This document shows, one piece after another, positions 39,181-51,217 of a stretch of DNA of 64,000 nucleotides; positions within the stretch are counted from its first letter, which is position 1, and every line of letters starts with the position of its first letter. The notes under the pieces were generated by a model, which was not told where the DNA came from, did not search any database, and worked only from the letters and a program-made list of their open reading frames with translations. Source of the DNA: Octopus vulgaris (lineage: Eukaryota); assembly GCA_951406725.2 (NCBI GenBank), contig OX597819.1:70370001-70434000 (forward strand). The letters run 5' to 3'. A program made the position numbers and the translations under genes.

Positions 39181-39225
39181 TCTGTGTATCGCGATTTCTG
39201 GGTTATTTCCCTTCATCAGCACAGA
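39181..39225 (-). ncRNA. Minimal type I hammerhead ribozyme
   Basis: TCTGTG-CTGATGA-A-GGG-AAATAA-CCC-A-GAAA-TCGCGA-TA-CACAGA: 6-bp helix I, complete core, palindromic helix III, AUA triplet. Confidence 0.8.
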
Positions 39226-39640
39226 ATAATTGTTCAGTTGAATAATTAGAGTAAGGTAAATCAGAAGTGGAGAAGTATAAGTAATTAATGTCTTAAAGCT
39301 GTTTCTGGGATATCCCAGGTGATGGGTCAACATCTCCATACACTGGGTATTCCATCATCAGAGACAAGGTGTATATGCAGGAAAGTTCCAGACAGAGAAT
39401 TCACACTGTATAAAAGAATAAAATGATGGATAGAAGAATAAAGACAGGGGAATAAAGTTCAAGGTTCATGTTGTTCAGGAGGATATGGAGGTAAGTCAGT
39501 ATTTCTGTGAAGGTATAAGCCCTTAAGTATAATCCCAGATAAATCCAGGCAGTATTTTGAATGCTGCATTCAGTTTGAAAGAATAAATTAATCTATTCCT
39601 AATGGATAACCAATTACAAAACCCATAATATTTTATATTT
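39226..39640 (-). mobile_element. Probable Penelope-like element 3' remnant
   Basis: Lies upstream of the hammerhead on the minus strand: pyrimidine-rich tract and frameshifted ..AWIYLG / GIILKGLY, weakly resembling the GIY-YIG C-terminal WI..LxT..PxGLN motif. Confidence 0.4.
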
Positions 39641-40244
39641 ATATATAAAGCATCTGTGCCAGTGTCACCCGTGCTGGAGCCATGTATAAAACTCCAATCC
39701 AGTGTTGCAAGAAGAGCACCTGTGCTGGTGCCATGTATAAAACACCTGTGCTGGTGTGCCACGTAAAAAGCACCCAGTACACTCCATAAAGTGGTTAGCA
39801 TTAGGAAAGGCATCCAGCCATAGAGACCATGTCAAAACAGACAATTGGAGCCTGGTGCAGCTCACCAGCTCCTGTCAAACTGTCCAACCCATGCGAGCAT
39901 GGAAAACAGACATTAAATGCTGATGATGGTAACAGTTAACTAAGCATTGTTGGTTACAGATTTCCACTGAACTGGCAATGGTGCTCATTAACAGATATTA
40001 TATGATGCCTAGGTAATGGTACACAGAAACAGACACATACGAGGGGCTCCTTTCAGTTTCTGTCTATCAAATCCACTCAAGCTTTTGCTTGGCCAGGGGC
40101 TACAGTAGATGACACTTACCCAAAGTGCTATGCAGTGGGACCGAACTTAAAACCAAGTGGTTGGGAAGCAAGCTTCTTAAACCACACAGCCACGCTGATT
40201 TATTTAAAAATATTCAGATAAAATCTTTTATCTGCAGAGAATGT

Positions 40245-40630
40245 GTGCCAGTGCCACGTAAAAAGCACTATTCGAGCGTGATTATTACCAGCGTTGCCTT
40301 ACCTGCACTTGTGTTGGTGGCACATGAAAAAACATTCGAGCGAAGTCGTTGCCAGTGCCGCTGGACTGGCACCTGTGCAGGTGGCACATAAAAAACACCA
40401 TTTGAGTGTGGCTGTTGCCAGTATCGCCTGACTGGCCCTCATGCTGGTGGCACGTAAAAGCACCCACTACACTCTCGGAGTGGTTGGCGTTAGGAAGTTC
40501 ATCCAGCTGTAGAAACTCTGCCAGATCAAGATTGGAGCCTGGTGCAGCCATCTGGTTCGCCAGTCCTCAGTCAAATTGTCCAGCCAATGCTAGCATCGAA
40601 AGCAGGCGTTAAGTGATGATGATGATGATA
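40245..40630 (+). mobile_element. RTE 3' UTR-derived repeat with internal ~60-bp tandem units and (GAT)n tail
   Basis: Repeated GTGGCACGTAAAAGCAC units, then GGAGTGGTTGGCGTTAGGAAG...(GAT)n as at 860-1252. Similar copies at 43080-43280(-), 44605-44880, 49395-49670, 57630-57880. Confidence 0.8.
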
Positions 40631-41251
40631 TATATATATGTATATAAATTTAAATTATAAGGGTAAAAAATTTATATTAATTAGATTAATATCAATTTAA
40701 AACAGTGGCCTAGCATATTGAAAAGAATCTGAAGATCCCAAAAATTATATTACATACATATAAGAGGAATGACCACTAGGTGGACACCTAATATGCTAAA
40801 TATAGACTCCATATGGTCTGACCACTAAGAAAAAATTGATCTCAAGAAAATTCAGCAAAGCCAGAACATAAAGTGGGCAACTTTGCCTTTCGTCCTTTTG
40901 GGGTTGATAAATTAAGTACCTGTTGTGTACTGGGTCGATCTAATCAACTGGTCCCATTCCCCCAAAATTTCAGGCCTTGTGCCTATAATAAAAAAGATTA
41001 CATGTATATATATATACAATTTACGAGAAAAATAATTCATCAAGAATTAATTTACGAAGGTGTCATTAATTCTAATGCAGAAACCGGTCCGCGTGAGTCC
41101 TAATACTTAAATGTATGTTAGTAGATGTTCTTAACCTGATTTTGCCTTCGTTTGAGTTCTGTAGTTTTCATCAGTATATTCTTTGGCGATTTAATAAGAG
41201 TTTTGACTGTTATTTCTAGCAGGTAGACATACTTAGTATGTCCTTTGATTA

Positions 41252-41257
<6 letters not shown>

Positions 41258-41329
<72 letters not shown>

Positions 41330-41472
41330 TGACAGGCTTCTTTCAGTTTCTGTCTGTCAAATCCACTCACAAGGCTTTGGTCAGCCCAAGGCTATAGTAG
41401 AAGACACTTGCCCAAGATGCCCTGGAATGGGACTGAACCCAGAACCATGTGGTTGGGAAGCAAGCTTCTTAC
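41258..41472 (-). mobile_element. Family A SINE head with (TA)n
   Basis: Antisense family A head at 41330-41472. Confidence 0.8.
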
Positions 41473-43045
41473 CACACAACTATGCTTGCACCTGCCAAGT
41501 TTTTTTAAACGTGAATTCTTCACCTACACTTATCACTAGTAACAGATATTTAACCTGAGTTATTTTTTCCTTTTAATAAAAGAGTAAATTAGATAATATA
41601 GTTGGAGTAAGACCATACCTAAAAAGATGGAATGGTCAGGATGAGAATGTCTTTGATCAGGGCTGAGGTGGATTAAACAGTAGCAGCTTCCTTTCTCTCA
41701 AATGTAGAAAACCTTTTTCATCAAAGTAGAGGTGAACTGTTGGTAGCAATTCTCCATATGTCTCTATTCTACTTTCCGCTGTATTTGAATACAATGTCAA
41801 TTGAAATATATTTTATTGTGACCTATGATAACCACTGGTGAACCATTACACCACTTAGCTTCTGTCTGTCATTTCTGATTGCTGTTTTCCTGTTTACATT
41901 AATTGAAAACTCAAAAGAAATATGTACAAAGAGTCTGACACACCTAAAGTTGGTGGATGTAGATTTGTTTTACCAAACGCATCAATAACACCATCATAAA
42001 TCATTCCATCCCTTTAAAATGGTTGTTCTCATCAGGCCACCAGGCATTTAACTGAGCTGGCAAACATTAACTAATTGATATATTAGCACTGTATGCTGTG
42101 TCATCAAAGGTTTGGTAGACAATTACCGATGCATGCATTTATACATACATGTACATACATATACGTACAAACATGTACAAACATATGCGCACTCTCACAC
42201 ACACATATACAAACATACATACATAATGGGAAGTTTAAGTATCATTACTGAATCCAAAAGATATTTCATTTGAGGACAATTAGCTGTCACTTTTCAAATG
42301 CAAATCCGTCCTACATTGGAGCATTGCTCACATCTATTGAATTGAACACCCACATATACCCACCTAGAACATCTATTGAATTGAACACTCACATATATAC
42401 ACCAAATACACCACACTAGAAATATAGATAAGCGTCTGATAAACAAGTTATCAATCTCAATAAGTCATGACTATTGGTTTAATAAGATTTAAGCTTGCTC
42501 TGCTTATATTGCAGAACTATACTTTTTCTTTTTGTTTTTTTTTCAACTTATTTTAGGCATCAGACTGTACCACCTTGAAGAATTTTAGTCTAATGAGTTG
42601 ACCCCAGTACTTGTTTTTTTTTTAAAGCCTGGTACTTATTTTATCAGTCTCTTTTGGCAAACTGCTAAGCTACAAGGATGTAAACATGCTAACACTGGTT
42701 GTCTAGAAGTGGTGGGACACACACACTATATATATAGTATTCATAATTGTGTACCATGTTCTCTGTTTTTTTGTTTGTTTTTTTCATCTTTGCTGCTGTA
42801 CAATTCGCTAGCTTTCTTACAAAGGGGTCTAATGCTCTTAGCTTAGATTCTTTTGGGGGTAACCAGATCGAACCATCTCAAGTGTAACTGCCCAAAATGG
42901 TCATGACTCCTGGGACTTGACTGATGAAAGAAAGCCAAGAATGACCTGTCTTTTTTTGCCTGTCCTTCTAATTGTTGTTTCTCTTGTCTGCCTTTGTATC
43001 GTCTATCTGTCTGAATGTTTTAATGCCCTCTATTGCATTTTTGTT

Positions 43046-43083
<38 letters not shown>

Positions 43084-43276
43084 TCATCATCATCATCATC
43101 ATCATCGTTTAACGTCCGTTCTCCATGCTAGCATGGGTTGGACGGTTCGACCGGGGTTCTGGGAAGCCAGAAGGCTGCACCAGGCTCCAGTCTAATCTGG
43201 CAATGTTTCTACAGCTGGATGCCCTTCCTAACGCCAACCACTCCGTGAGTGTAGTGGGTGCTTTTTACGTGCCACC

Positions 43277-43316
<40 letters not shown>

Positions 43317-43374
43317 TTACTTGGAAAAGGATGTGTGGCGTTCAATCATATAACAATATAATATATAAATATAT

Positions 43375-43670
43375 ATATATATGCATATATGGGTACAGGA
43401 CATCAAAAAAACATAGACACAGTCAGAAACGAAAACATAAAAACACAAAACATAGAAACGAGACAGGCAACATAAAGAACATGAAACATGGAGTAGATGA
43501 AACAGGGGATAACTGATGAAGGGGAATATTCTTTATGTTGCCTGTCTCATTTCTCTGTTTTTTCTTTGTTTGAAAAAATGTTCCTTTTCTATGTTTTTGT
43601 TTTTATGTTTCCGTTTCTCATTATTTCTACTTTTTTTTGATGTCCTGTATCCATATATGTATACATATAT
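43375..43670. repeat. Diverged inverted repeat, Penelope-like
   Basis: ATATGGGTACAGGACATCAAAAAAA...GAGACAGGCAACATAAAGAA versus TTCTTTATGTTGCCTGTCTC...TTTTTTTGATGTCCTGTATCCATAT. Confidence 0.8.
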
Positions 43671-43719
43671 ATTTGTATCACATCGAAACTAACTATGACT
43701 TAATCTTTCATCTCACACT

Positions 43720-43771
43720 GTCTCCGATGAAGGGATATTATTAATTAATAATCTAGAAACAGCTGTAAGAC
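43720..43771 (+). ncRNA. Minimal type I hammerhead ribozyme variant (CCGAUGA core)
   Basis: GTCT-CCGATGA-[AGGGAT ATTATTAATTAATAAT CTA]-GAAA-CAGCTG-TA-AGAC. Palindromic helix III, GUA triplet, U4>C. Confidence 0.65.
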
Positions 43772-43899
43772 CTATCTATAAATGCTCTAATATCTATACA
43801 GCCTTGTTTTTTTTATCTCATTATGCAAAAATTCATATATATATATATACATATATATGTAGATATGTACATATATGTATGTATATATGCATATATTTA

Positions 43900-44189
43900 C
43901 AGTTGCGGCCAAAATGTTCAGAACAGCATTGTTTTCCTCAGAAAAGTAGGTACAATTTTTTATTTTTTCAACCGTTCTGATCATTTTGGCCGCCATGGGT
44001 TTTGCAGTAAATCACTAAATCATCCATAACTTTTGTATTATCCTCTCAAATTACACCAAAATCTCAGTCAATAACAAATAATATCGTATTTATTGTCTGT
44101 GAAAATTATAGAATATAAAACAAATTTGATAAAAAATTATACCTACTTTTCTGACGAAAACAATGCCGTTCTGAACATTTTAGCCGCAA

Positions 44190-44192
<3 letters not shown>
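43900..44192. mobile_element. Tc1/mariner-type MITE
   Basis: TA on both sides; ~62-bp TIRs CAGTTGCGGCCAAAATGTTCAGAAC...AGAAAAGTAGGTA / TACCTACTTTTCT...GTTCTGAACATTTTAGCCGCAACTG. Confidence 0.9.
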
Positions 44193-44244
<52 letters not shown>

Positions 44245-46024
44245 TATACATGCGATTGGCTTTTTTCAGTTTCTGTCTACCAAATCCTCTCAAAAGGCTT
44301 TGTATAGCCCTAGACTATATAGTAGAAGACACTTGCCCAAAGTGCCATGCAGTGAGAGTGAATTTGAAACCATGTGGTTCAGAAGCAAACTTCTTGTCAT
44401 ACACATACATATGTACACACAGTCACACACACACACACACACTCGCACACACATGCATACATACAAACATACATACATATATGTATATACATGCGATTGG
44501 CTTTTTTCAGTTTCTATCTACCAAAATCCACTCAAAAGGCTTTGTATAGCCCTAGCCTATATAGTAGAAGATACTTGCCCAAGGTGCTATGCAATGAGAG
44601 TGAATTAGTGCCCTCTTGACTGGCTTCCGTGCTGGTGGCTTGTAAAAAGCACCAACTGATTGTGGTCGTTACCTGCCTCCTCTGGCCCCTGTGCCAGTGG
44701 CATGTAAAAAGCAACCACTACACTCTCGGAGTGGTTGGTGTTAGGAAGGGCATCCAGCTGTAGAAACACTGCCAGATCAGACTGGAGCCTGGTGCAGCCT
44801 CCTGACTTCCCAGACCCCAGTCTAACCGTCCAACCCATGCCAGCATGGAAAACAGACGTTAAACAATGATGATGATGATGCATACAAAAATACCCTGTTG
44901 CTGATGTTGAAATTCCAATGAAGGAGCTTGGATCTAGGTCAGAAACTGGCTCTTTCTCTATTGGCAAGAAATCTTGAAATAAAACTGAATAATGTCACAC
45001 ACACACACACGCACACACTGTTTTATTGTGGTAATTGATGAAGTTAAAGATGATGAATTTAATTCAGGAATAAATGTAAACTATCTGGTGTTGTAACAGA
45101 GTTTTCTATTTCTTTGGCAACAGTCAGCTTTATTGGTAGAATTCTCTTCAAATTCAGTACGCAGAATGTGGAGTTCTCTAACAACACCGCTATAGAATTA
45201 TTGGAATGGTCTTTTGATATATGGTAATTCAATTTCCCCTCTCTCCACATTTCATTTGAAACCTGTTCTGTGACTCTCTACTCCTCTTCCTCCTCACCCT
45301 CATACTCTATCTTTCTCCTCTACACACACATACTCTTTATCTATCTATCTCTCTCTCTCTCTCCCTCCCCCGCATACACACTGTCAGCTTCCTTAACTAA
45401 ATTACTTTTTTAATTTTTTTTTTCGAAAGCATTACAAATCTTGTGTAAAAGCCTATTGTTATGCTTTTATTCATAAAAACACAATGGTTTCCAATATCCC
45501 TCCCCCCCCACTATCTACCCTCCCTACTCCTTACCAAAAACCTATTTTTGTGATTTGTAATAATTTTATTTCCTCTGTCTGACTTCTGACGCTTCAGTAA
45601 AAACCTTTTGTTTGGTAATTAATTTATTAAAAAAAAAAAACAACTGAAAAAAATTTCCTTTCTCATCTATCTTGTTTCTATTCATCTTTCTATCATCCTA
45701 TGACAGACATGTAACTCGGGGTTATAACTGTTTTCATCTTGTTAGGGTATTCTTTGCTTTTGTTTTTTTTTTTGTTTTGCATTCTTTATTAAGGCATTAT
45801 AATGATTGACAACTGTTGTTGTTGACATTTAACCCCAAGTGTCAGTCCTTGTTGAACAGATGTATGATCAAAAGTATTCCATCCATGACCATCCTGTCTT
45901 TTAATATTATTTTTTTTTCGCAAACATTTATCAAGCATTAAAAGTGCATTATCCAATGTGTCCTTCCTTTTTTTTTTATGTAAAACGCATGTATATATAT
46001 ATATGTATGTATATATGTATGTAT

Positions 46025-46064
<40 letters not shown>

Positions 46065-46227
46065 ATGTATGTATGCACATTTATGTATGTATGCACATTT
46101 ATGTATGTATGTACATATATATATATATATATATGTATGTATGCACATTTATATATGTATACACACACATATATATATCTATGTATATACACACATACAT
46201 GCATATATACATGTATATACATACATA

Positions 46228-46830
46228 TCATCATCATCATCATTTAACGTCTGCTTTCCATACTTGCATGGGTTGGACAGTTTGATTGAGGATGAGCAAG
46301 CCAGGAGGATGCACCAGGCTCCAATCTGATCTGGCAAGGTTTCTACTGCTAGATGCTCTTCCTAACACCAACCACTGCAAGAGTGTAGTGGGTGCTTTTT
46401 ATGTGCCAGTCAGGTGGCACTGGCATCGACCACACTTGAATGGTACTTTTTATATGCCACCAGCACAGGGGCCAGTCAGGCGGCACTGGCAATGACCTTG
46501 CTCAAATGGTGCTTTTTATGTGCCAGTGAGACAGGAGCCAGTGAGACAGCACTGGCAACTACCACATTTGAATGGTGCTTATTATGTGCCACCAGCATGG
46601 GACCAATCATGCGGCATCGGCATTCACCATGCTCATATGGTGCTTTTTATGTGACACCAGAATGGTGATTTTTACGTGCCACTGGCATGGGTGCCAGTCA
46701 GGCGGTACTGACATCGGCTATGGCTATGATTTCACTTGACTCAACAGGTCTTATCCTCAAAGGTCTCAGTCGCTTGTCATTGCCTCTGTGAGACCCAACG
46801 TTGAAAGGTCATGCTTCATCACATCTTAGA
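46228..46830 (-). mobile_element. RTE 3' end with expanded ~60-bp tandem array
   Basis: (ATC)n tail at 46228; about six GGTGCTTTT.ATGTGCCA... units at 46385-46720; ORF-end remnant near 46760-46830. Confidence 0.8.
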
Positions 46831-46904
46831 TATGTATGTATCTGTATATACATATATGTATGTATGTGTATATACATATATGTATGTATGTGTATATATA
46901 CATA

Positions 46905-47232
46905 TACTGGCACTCTGTTGGGAGCAACAGCGAAGGTTCCAGTTGATCTGATCAAGGGAACAGCCTGCTCATGAAATTAATGTGCAAGTGGCTGAACACT
47001 CCACAGACATGTGTATCCTTAATGTAGTTCCCAGGGAGATTCAGCATGACACATAATGTGACAAGGCTGGCCCCTTGAATTACAGGTATAACTCATTTTT
47101 GCCAATTGAGTGGACTGGAGCAACATGAAATAAAGTGTCTTGCTCAAGGACACAACGTGTCACCAGGAATTGAACAGATGACCTTGTGATCGTGAGCCAA
47201 ATACCTTCACCACTAAGTCATGTGCCTTCACT
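46905..47232 (-). mobile_element. CORE-type SINE (family C)
   Basis: Reverse complement of 18357-18680. Confidence 0.85.
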
Positions 47233-47363
47233 ATATTTGGAAGGGAAACCTAAGGTAATCCCATAAACTGGCCTTCCCCATTTTTAATATATACTGCTCT
47301 ACATCTAAGAGGGTGCTTCTTCTTTCAGATTTATGTTTTCTACAAATGGTATATATATATATT

Positions 47364-47510
47364 GTATTAGAGGAAAATTAAATTCAAAACCAAGGCAGAA
47401 TGAGTATCTCAAGTCATTTAGAATAATTAATTCGGGTAATTTGAAGTCTTACTCTAATTAAATTATTCTAAATGACCTGAGATACTTGTTTTGATTTTTC
47501 CTCTAATATA
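47364..47510. repeat. Short diverged inverted repeat
   Basis: TATTAGAGGAAAA...AGTATCTCAAGTCATTTAGAATAATT versus AATTATTCTAAATGACCTGAGATACT...TTTTCCTCTAATA. Confidence 0.8.
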
Positions 47511-47792
47511 ATATATACATGCTATAACGGAACCCTAACACGGATCCCTAGATCCTGCCCTTTGTTGTGATCTTGGAACCTAATGTTTGACCTACTATAG
47601 CATTTACCCAGCATACCTAATGATGATTTATATATATATATATATATATATACATGAACATGTATGTGTGTGTATTAATAGTAATGGTAAGACAACAAAA
47701 GAATGAATGAGACCTTGATATTATGTAAATAAAGGAATTTATCTGTAATATGAAATGCGACAATTATACAATTATTCTGTTGCCTGCCTCGA

Positions 47793-47849
47793 TAACTGAC
47801 GAGATGCCGGAGCAGTTTTCCTCCCCGACATCCAAAACTTGGAGTCTTA
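47793..47849 (+). ncRNA. Degenerate type I hammerhead ribozyme within an extended stem
   Basis: TAA-CTGACGA-GATGCCGG-(loop)-CCGACATC-C-AAAA-CTTGGA-GTC-TTA. GAAA reads AAAA (consistent with CpG decay). Outer stem ACAATTATTCTGTTGCC / GGCAACTGAATAATTGT. Confidence 0.55.
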
Positions 47850-49774
47850 CTATGGCAACTGAATAATTGTCACATATCTACACAGCCTTGGTTTTTATCT
47901 CATTATGCAAAAAATTATTTTATATATATATATATATATATATGTATGCATGTATATACACACACATATTGTCTAATGGTGATGGTAATTAAATTAGAAT
48001 TAATTATTCAACTTTTATAATATCTGATAAGCTGAGACTAGTTGGAACTGAATACAGTTTTAAGTTAACAACAAAGGCTTGTTATAAAGTAGAGTAATTT
48101 ATTTCCAATTCGCCATGTAATTATTTCTGGGCTGTTCATTGTTTGAAAGAGCATGTGATTATTTTTACCTTGCTTCGAAGCACATGAGGTTTGACACCTG
48201 GAAAGGCATCCAACTGTAGAAAATTTGGTGACCCAGTCACTGCTGGTGCCACATAAAAAGCACCTATGTAAAGTGGTTGTCATAAGGTAGGGCATTGAGG
48301 TGTGGGAACCATGCCAATGCCGACACTGGTGCCTGCTACTGCTCTTGGCCATGCTAACCCCTGTTAAATTGTTCAACCCATGCCAGCATGTAAAATGGAT
48401 GTTAAATGATAATGATGATGATCTCTGTCTGACCCATACAAGCATGGAAATGTGGACATTAAAACAATGATGATGAGTAAGCTTCACAGTTACTGAGATG
48501 AGTGTACATTGGCTAATCCAGGATGAATGAATACCAGATATGTATTATATCATAAACAAGCAGTAATACCATTCAGCTTTTTGTAACATAATCAGTGACT
48601 CATTCCTCAAACCCAGACTTGCACAATGTATCATGATGTGCTGAACACACCTGCTTTTGGGGAGTTATGATAAATTTTTAATAGTTTATATATTTGAAAA
48701 CAAAGTGTAAGTTTATTTGTATTATTATTATATTTTTTTCTTAGTTAAGGTTTCTATGAAAGGTTTGTTTGATCACAGTCTAATTTTTCATGATCTTGGT
48801 TGTTCATCATTATGGATTCTGTTATAACATTTCTGTTGTCCTTTTCCATTGATGTTCATGTAGACTGTCTTGGTCCATACAGTGGTCTACCTCAGTGAAT
48901 TTGTCACATGAGCATCAAATTGTTTGACTAACTGAGCTTCCAACTCCATGATTTAGCAAGCAGACATGTGTACTCTTAAAATAATTTTCATGTAGGATGG
49001 ACTTTGAATTATAGTGAATTATAGTCCATCTGGTGAACTTTTGCAGTTCCCATCAATCCAGTTTCACTAACAAGGCTTTGGTTAACCAAATCCAAAACTG
49101 CATGGCTACAAATCAAACCTAGCCATTCAGCTCCACCTGCATTGTGTGTGTGCAGCTATGTGATTTGGAAGTGTGCTTCCAAATCACATAGTTTTGAGTT
49201 TGACCCATTATGTGACCTTTTGGGCAAGTATCTTCCACTATTGCTTCTGGTCAACCAAAGGCTTGAGAATGGATTTGGTAGATGGAAGCTGAAAGAAGAC
49301 CATCATGTGTGTGTGTGTGTGTGTGTGTGTCCTTGTCTCGACATTGCATAGTAGTTGCAAAATGAGCAAGCCACCTGAATGCAACCCCACTCCCGCCTTG
49401 ACTGGCTCCTGTGCCAGTAGCATGTAAAAAGCACCATCCGAACATGGCTGATGCCAGTGCCACCTGACTGACTCCTGTGCCGGTGGGCATGTAAAAAGCA
49501 CCCATTACACTCTTGGAGTGGTTGGTGTTAGGAAGGGCATCCAGCTGTAGAAACATTGCTGGATCAGATTGAAGCCTGGTGAGGCCTCCTGGCTTGCCAG
49601 TCCCCAGTCAAACCGTCCAACTCATGCCAGCATGGAAAACAGACATTAAACGATAATGATGATGATGATAATGTGTGACAGATGATATAACATTGATTAT
49701 GTAACAAACATTACAAAACAGCTGTTGAATAAAATAACCATCTATTCTCTCACTTCTCTTATCTGATCAACGTT

Positions 49775-49817
<43 letters not shown>

Positions 49818-50260
49818 ACATACATATATATATACACGGTATGTTTCTTTTAGCTTCTATCTACCAAATCCACTCACAAACCTTTGGTTGGCCTGCGGTT
49901 ATAATAGAAGACACTTGCCCAAGATCAATGCAGTGGGATGGAACCCAAAACCATACAGTTGGAAAGCAAACTTTTTAACTACACAACCATGCCTGAACCA
50001 AGCAGACTTCTTAACCACACAGCCATTCCACTCATTGGAAAATCAGAAAATCACAATCTGCAGAAGCCGCACATTGATAGTTGCTCAATGATCAGCATTG
50101 TTATCACTGTGATCTGAAGTAATTTAAAATCAGAATCAATAAATACATTTGATCTCTTACTTTTAAACCGTCATTATGCACCACACACACACACATCAGC
50201 TATTGAAGCTTCCTTTTACTGACATGCACATATGCACAGATACAAAGTACGCATACGATC

Positions 50261-50313
<53 letters not shown>

Positions 50314-50785
50314 TATGCAATTAAACTTGGTTGAAAGTAATCGATTGAAATTTTTGATTTCTAAAGTGAAAAGATGGGTTTAGATCTCTGTGTTGTTGCT
50401 ATGGTGGAAGCTTGTTTCACTGTAATATGATATTTTTTTGAAATTTAAATGATTTGGAAATTGTGTTCCTGTGTGTTGTATTTTTTTTTTGTGCTACTGA
50501 GTCCATAGATCACAGAAATTTGTATGTATGGGGAGGAATTATTCAAGGAAATGCTCTTATTTCTTTTTGCATTATACAGTACCATCATCATCACCATCGT
50601 GATTAAGGTGGTGAGCTGGAAGAATTGTTAGTGCATGGGAGAAAAATGCTTGGAAGCATATTCTGAGGTCAACTGTGTCATTCGCCCCTTCCCGATGATA
50701 AACTGAGTACCAGACAACTGCTGAGGCTCAATGTAATCGACTATACTTTCTCCCTAGAATTTCAGGCTTGTACCTATACTAGAAA

Positions 50786-50791
50786 GAATTA

Positions 50792-50822
<31 letters not shown>

Positions 50823-50842
50823 CATTATTTTTATTATTATTA

Positions 50843-50908
<66 letters not shown>

Positions 50909-50922
50909 TTATTATTATTATT
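50786..50922. repeat. (ATT)n microsatellite between two family B SINEs (~50606-50790, ~50925-51160)
   Basis: Directly visible. Confidence 0.9.
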
Positions 50923-51173
50923 GGTATTGGTGAGCTAGCTCAATAGTTAGCATGTTGGGAAAGAATGCTTAGCAGCATTTTGTCTGTCTTTATGTTCTGA
51001 GTTCAAATTCCACCGATGTCGATTTTGCTGTTCAGCCTTTTGGGGTTGATAAAATAAATACCAGTTGAGTACTAAGTATCAGTTGAGTACTGGGATGTAA
51101 AGGACTTAACCCTCTCCACTGCCAAATTGCTGGCCTCGTGCCCAAATTTGAATCCATTATTGTTGTATGTATA

Positions 51174-51217
<44 letters not shown>

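Noticed and set aside
43483-43535. GAAAC...GTA...CTGATGA order suggesting a type II hammerhead (similar string at 42890-42930)
   Set aside because: Helices I and II could not be paired.
45068-45233. Open + frame ending ...NNTAIELLEWSFDIW with donor TG|GTAATT, phase-compatible with the 30048 exon and faintly PDE-like
   Set aside because: The acceptor lacks a pyrimidine tract and the rest of the peptide resembles nothing known; not supportable without RNA-seq.
46385-46720. CRISPR-like periodicity
   Set aside because: Contiguous degenerate tandem units without unique spacers, inside a eukaryotic LINE tail; no cas genes.
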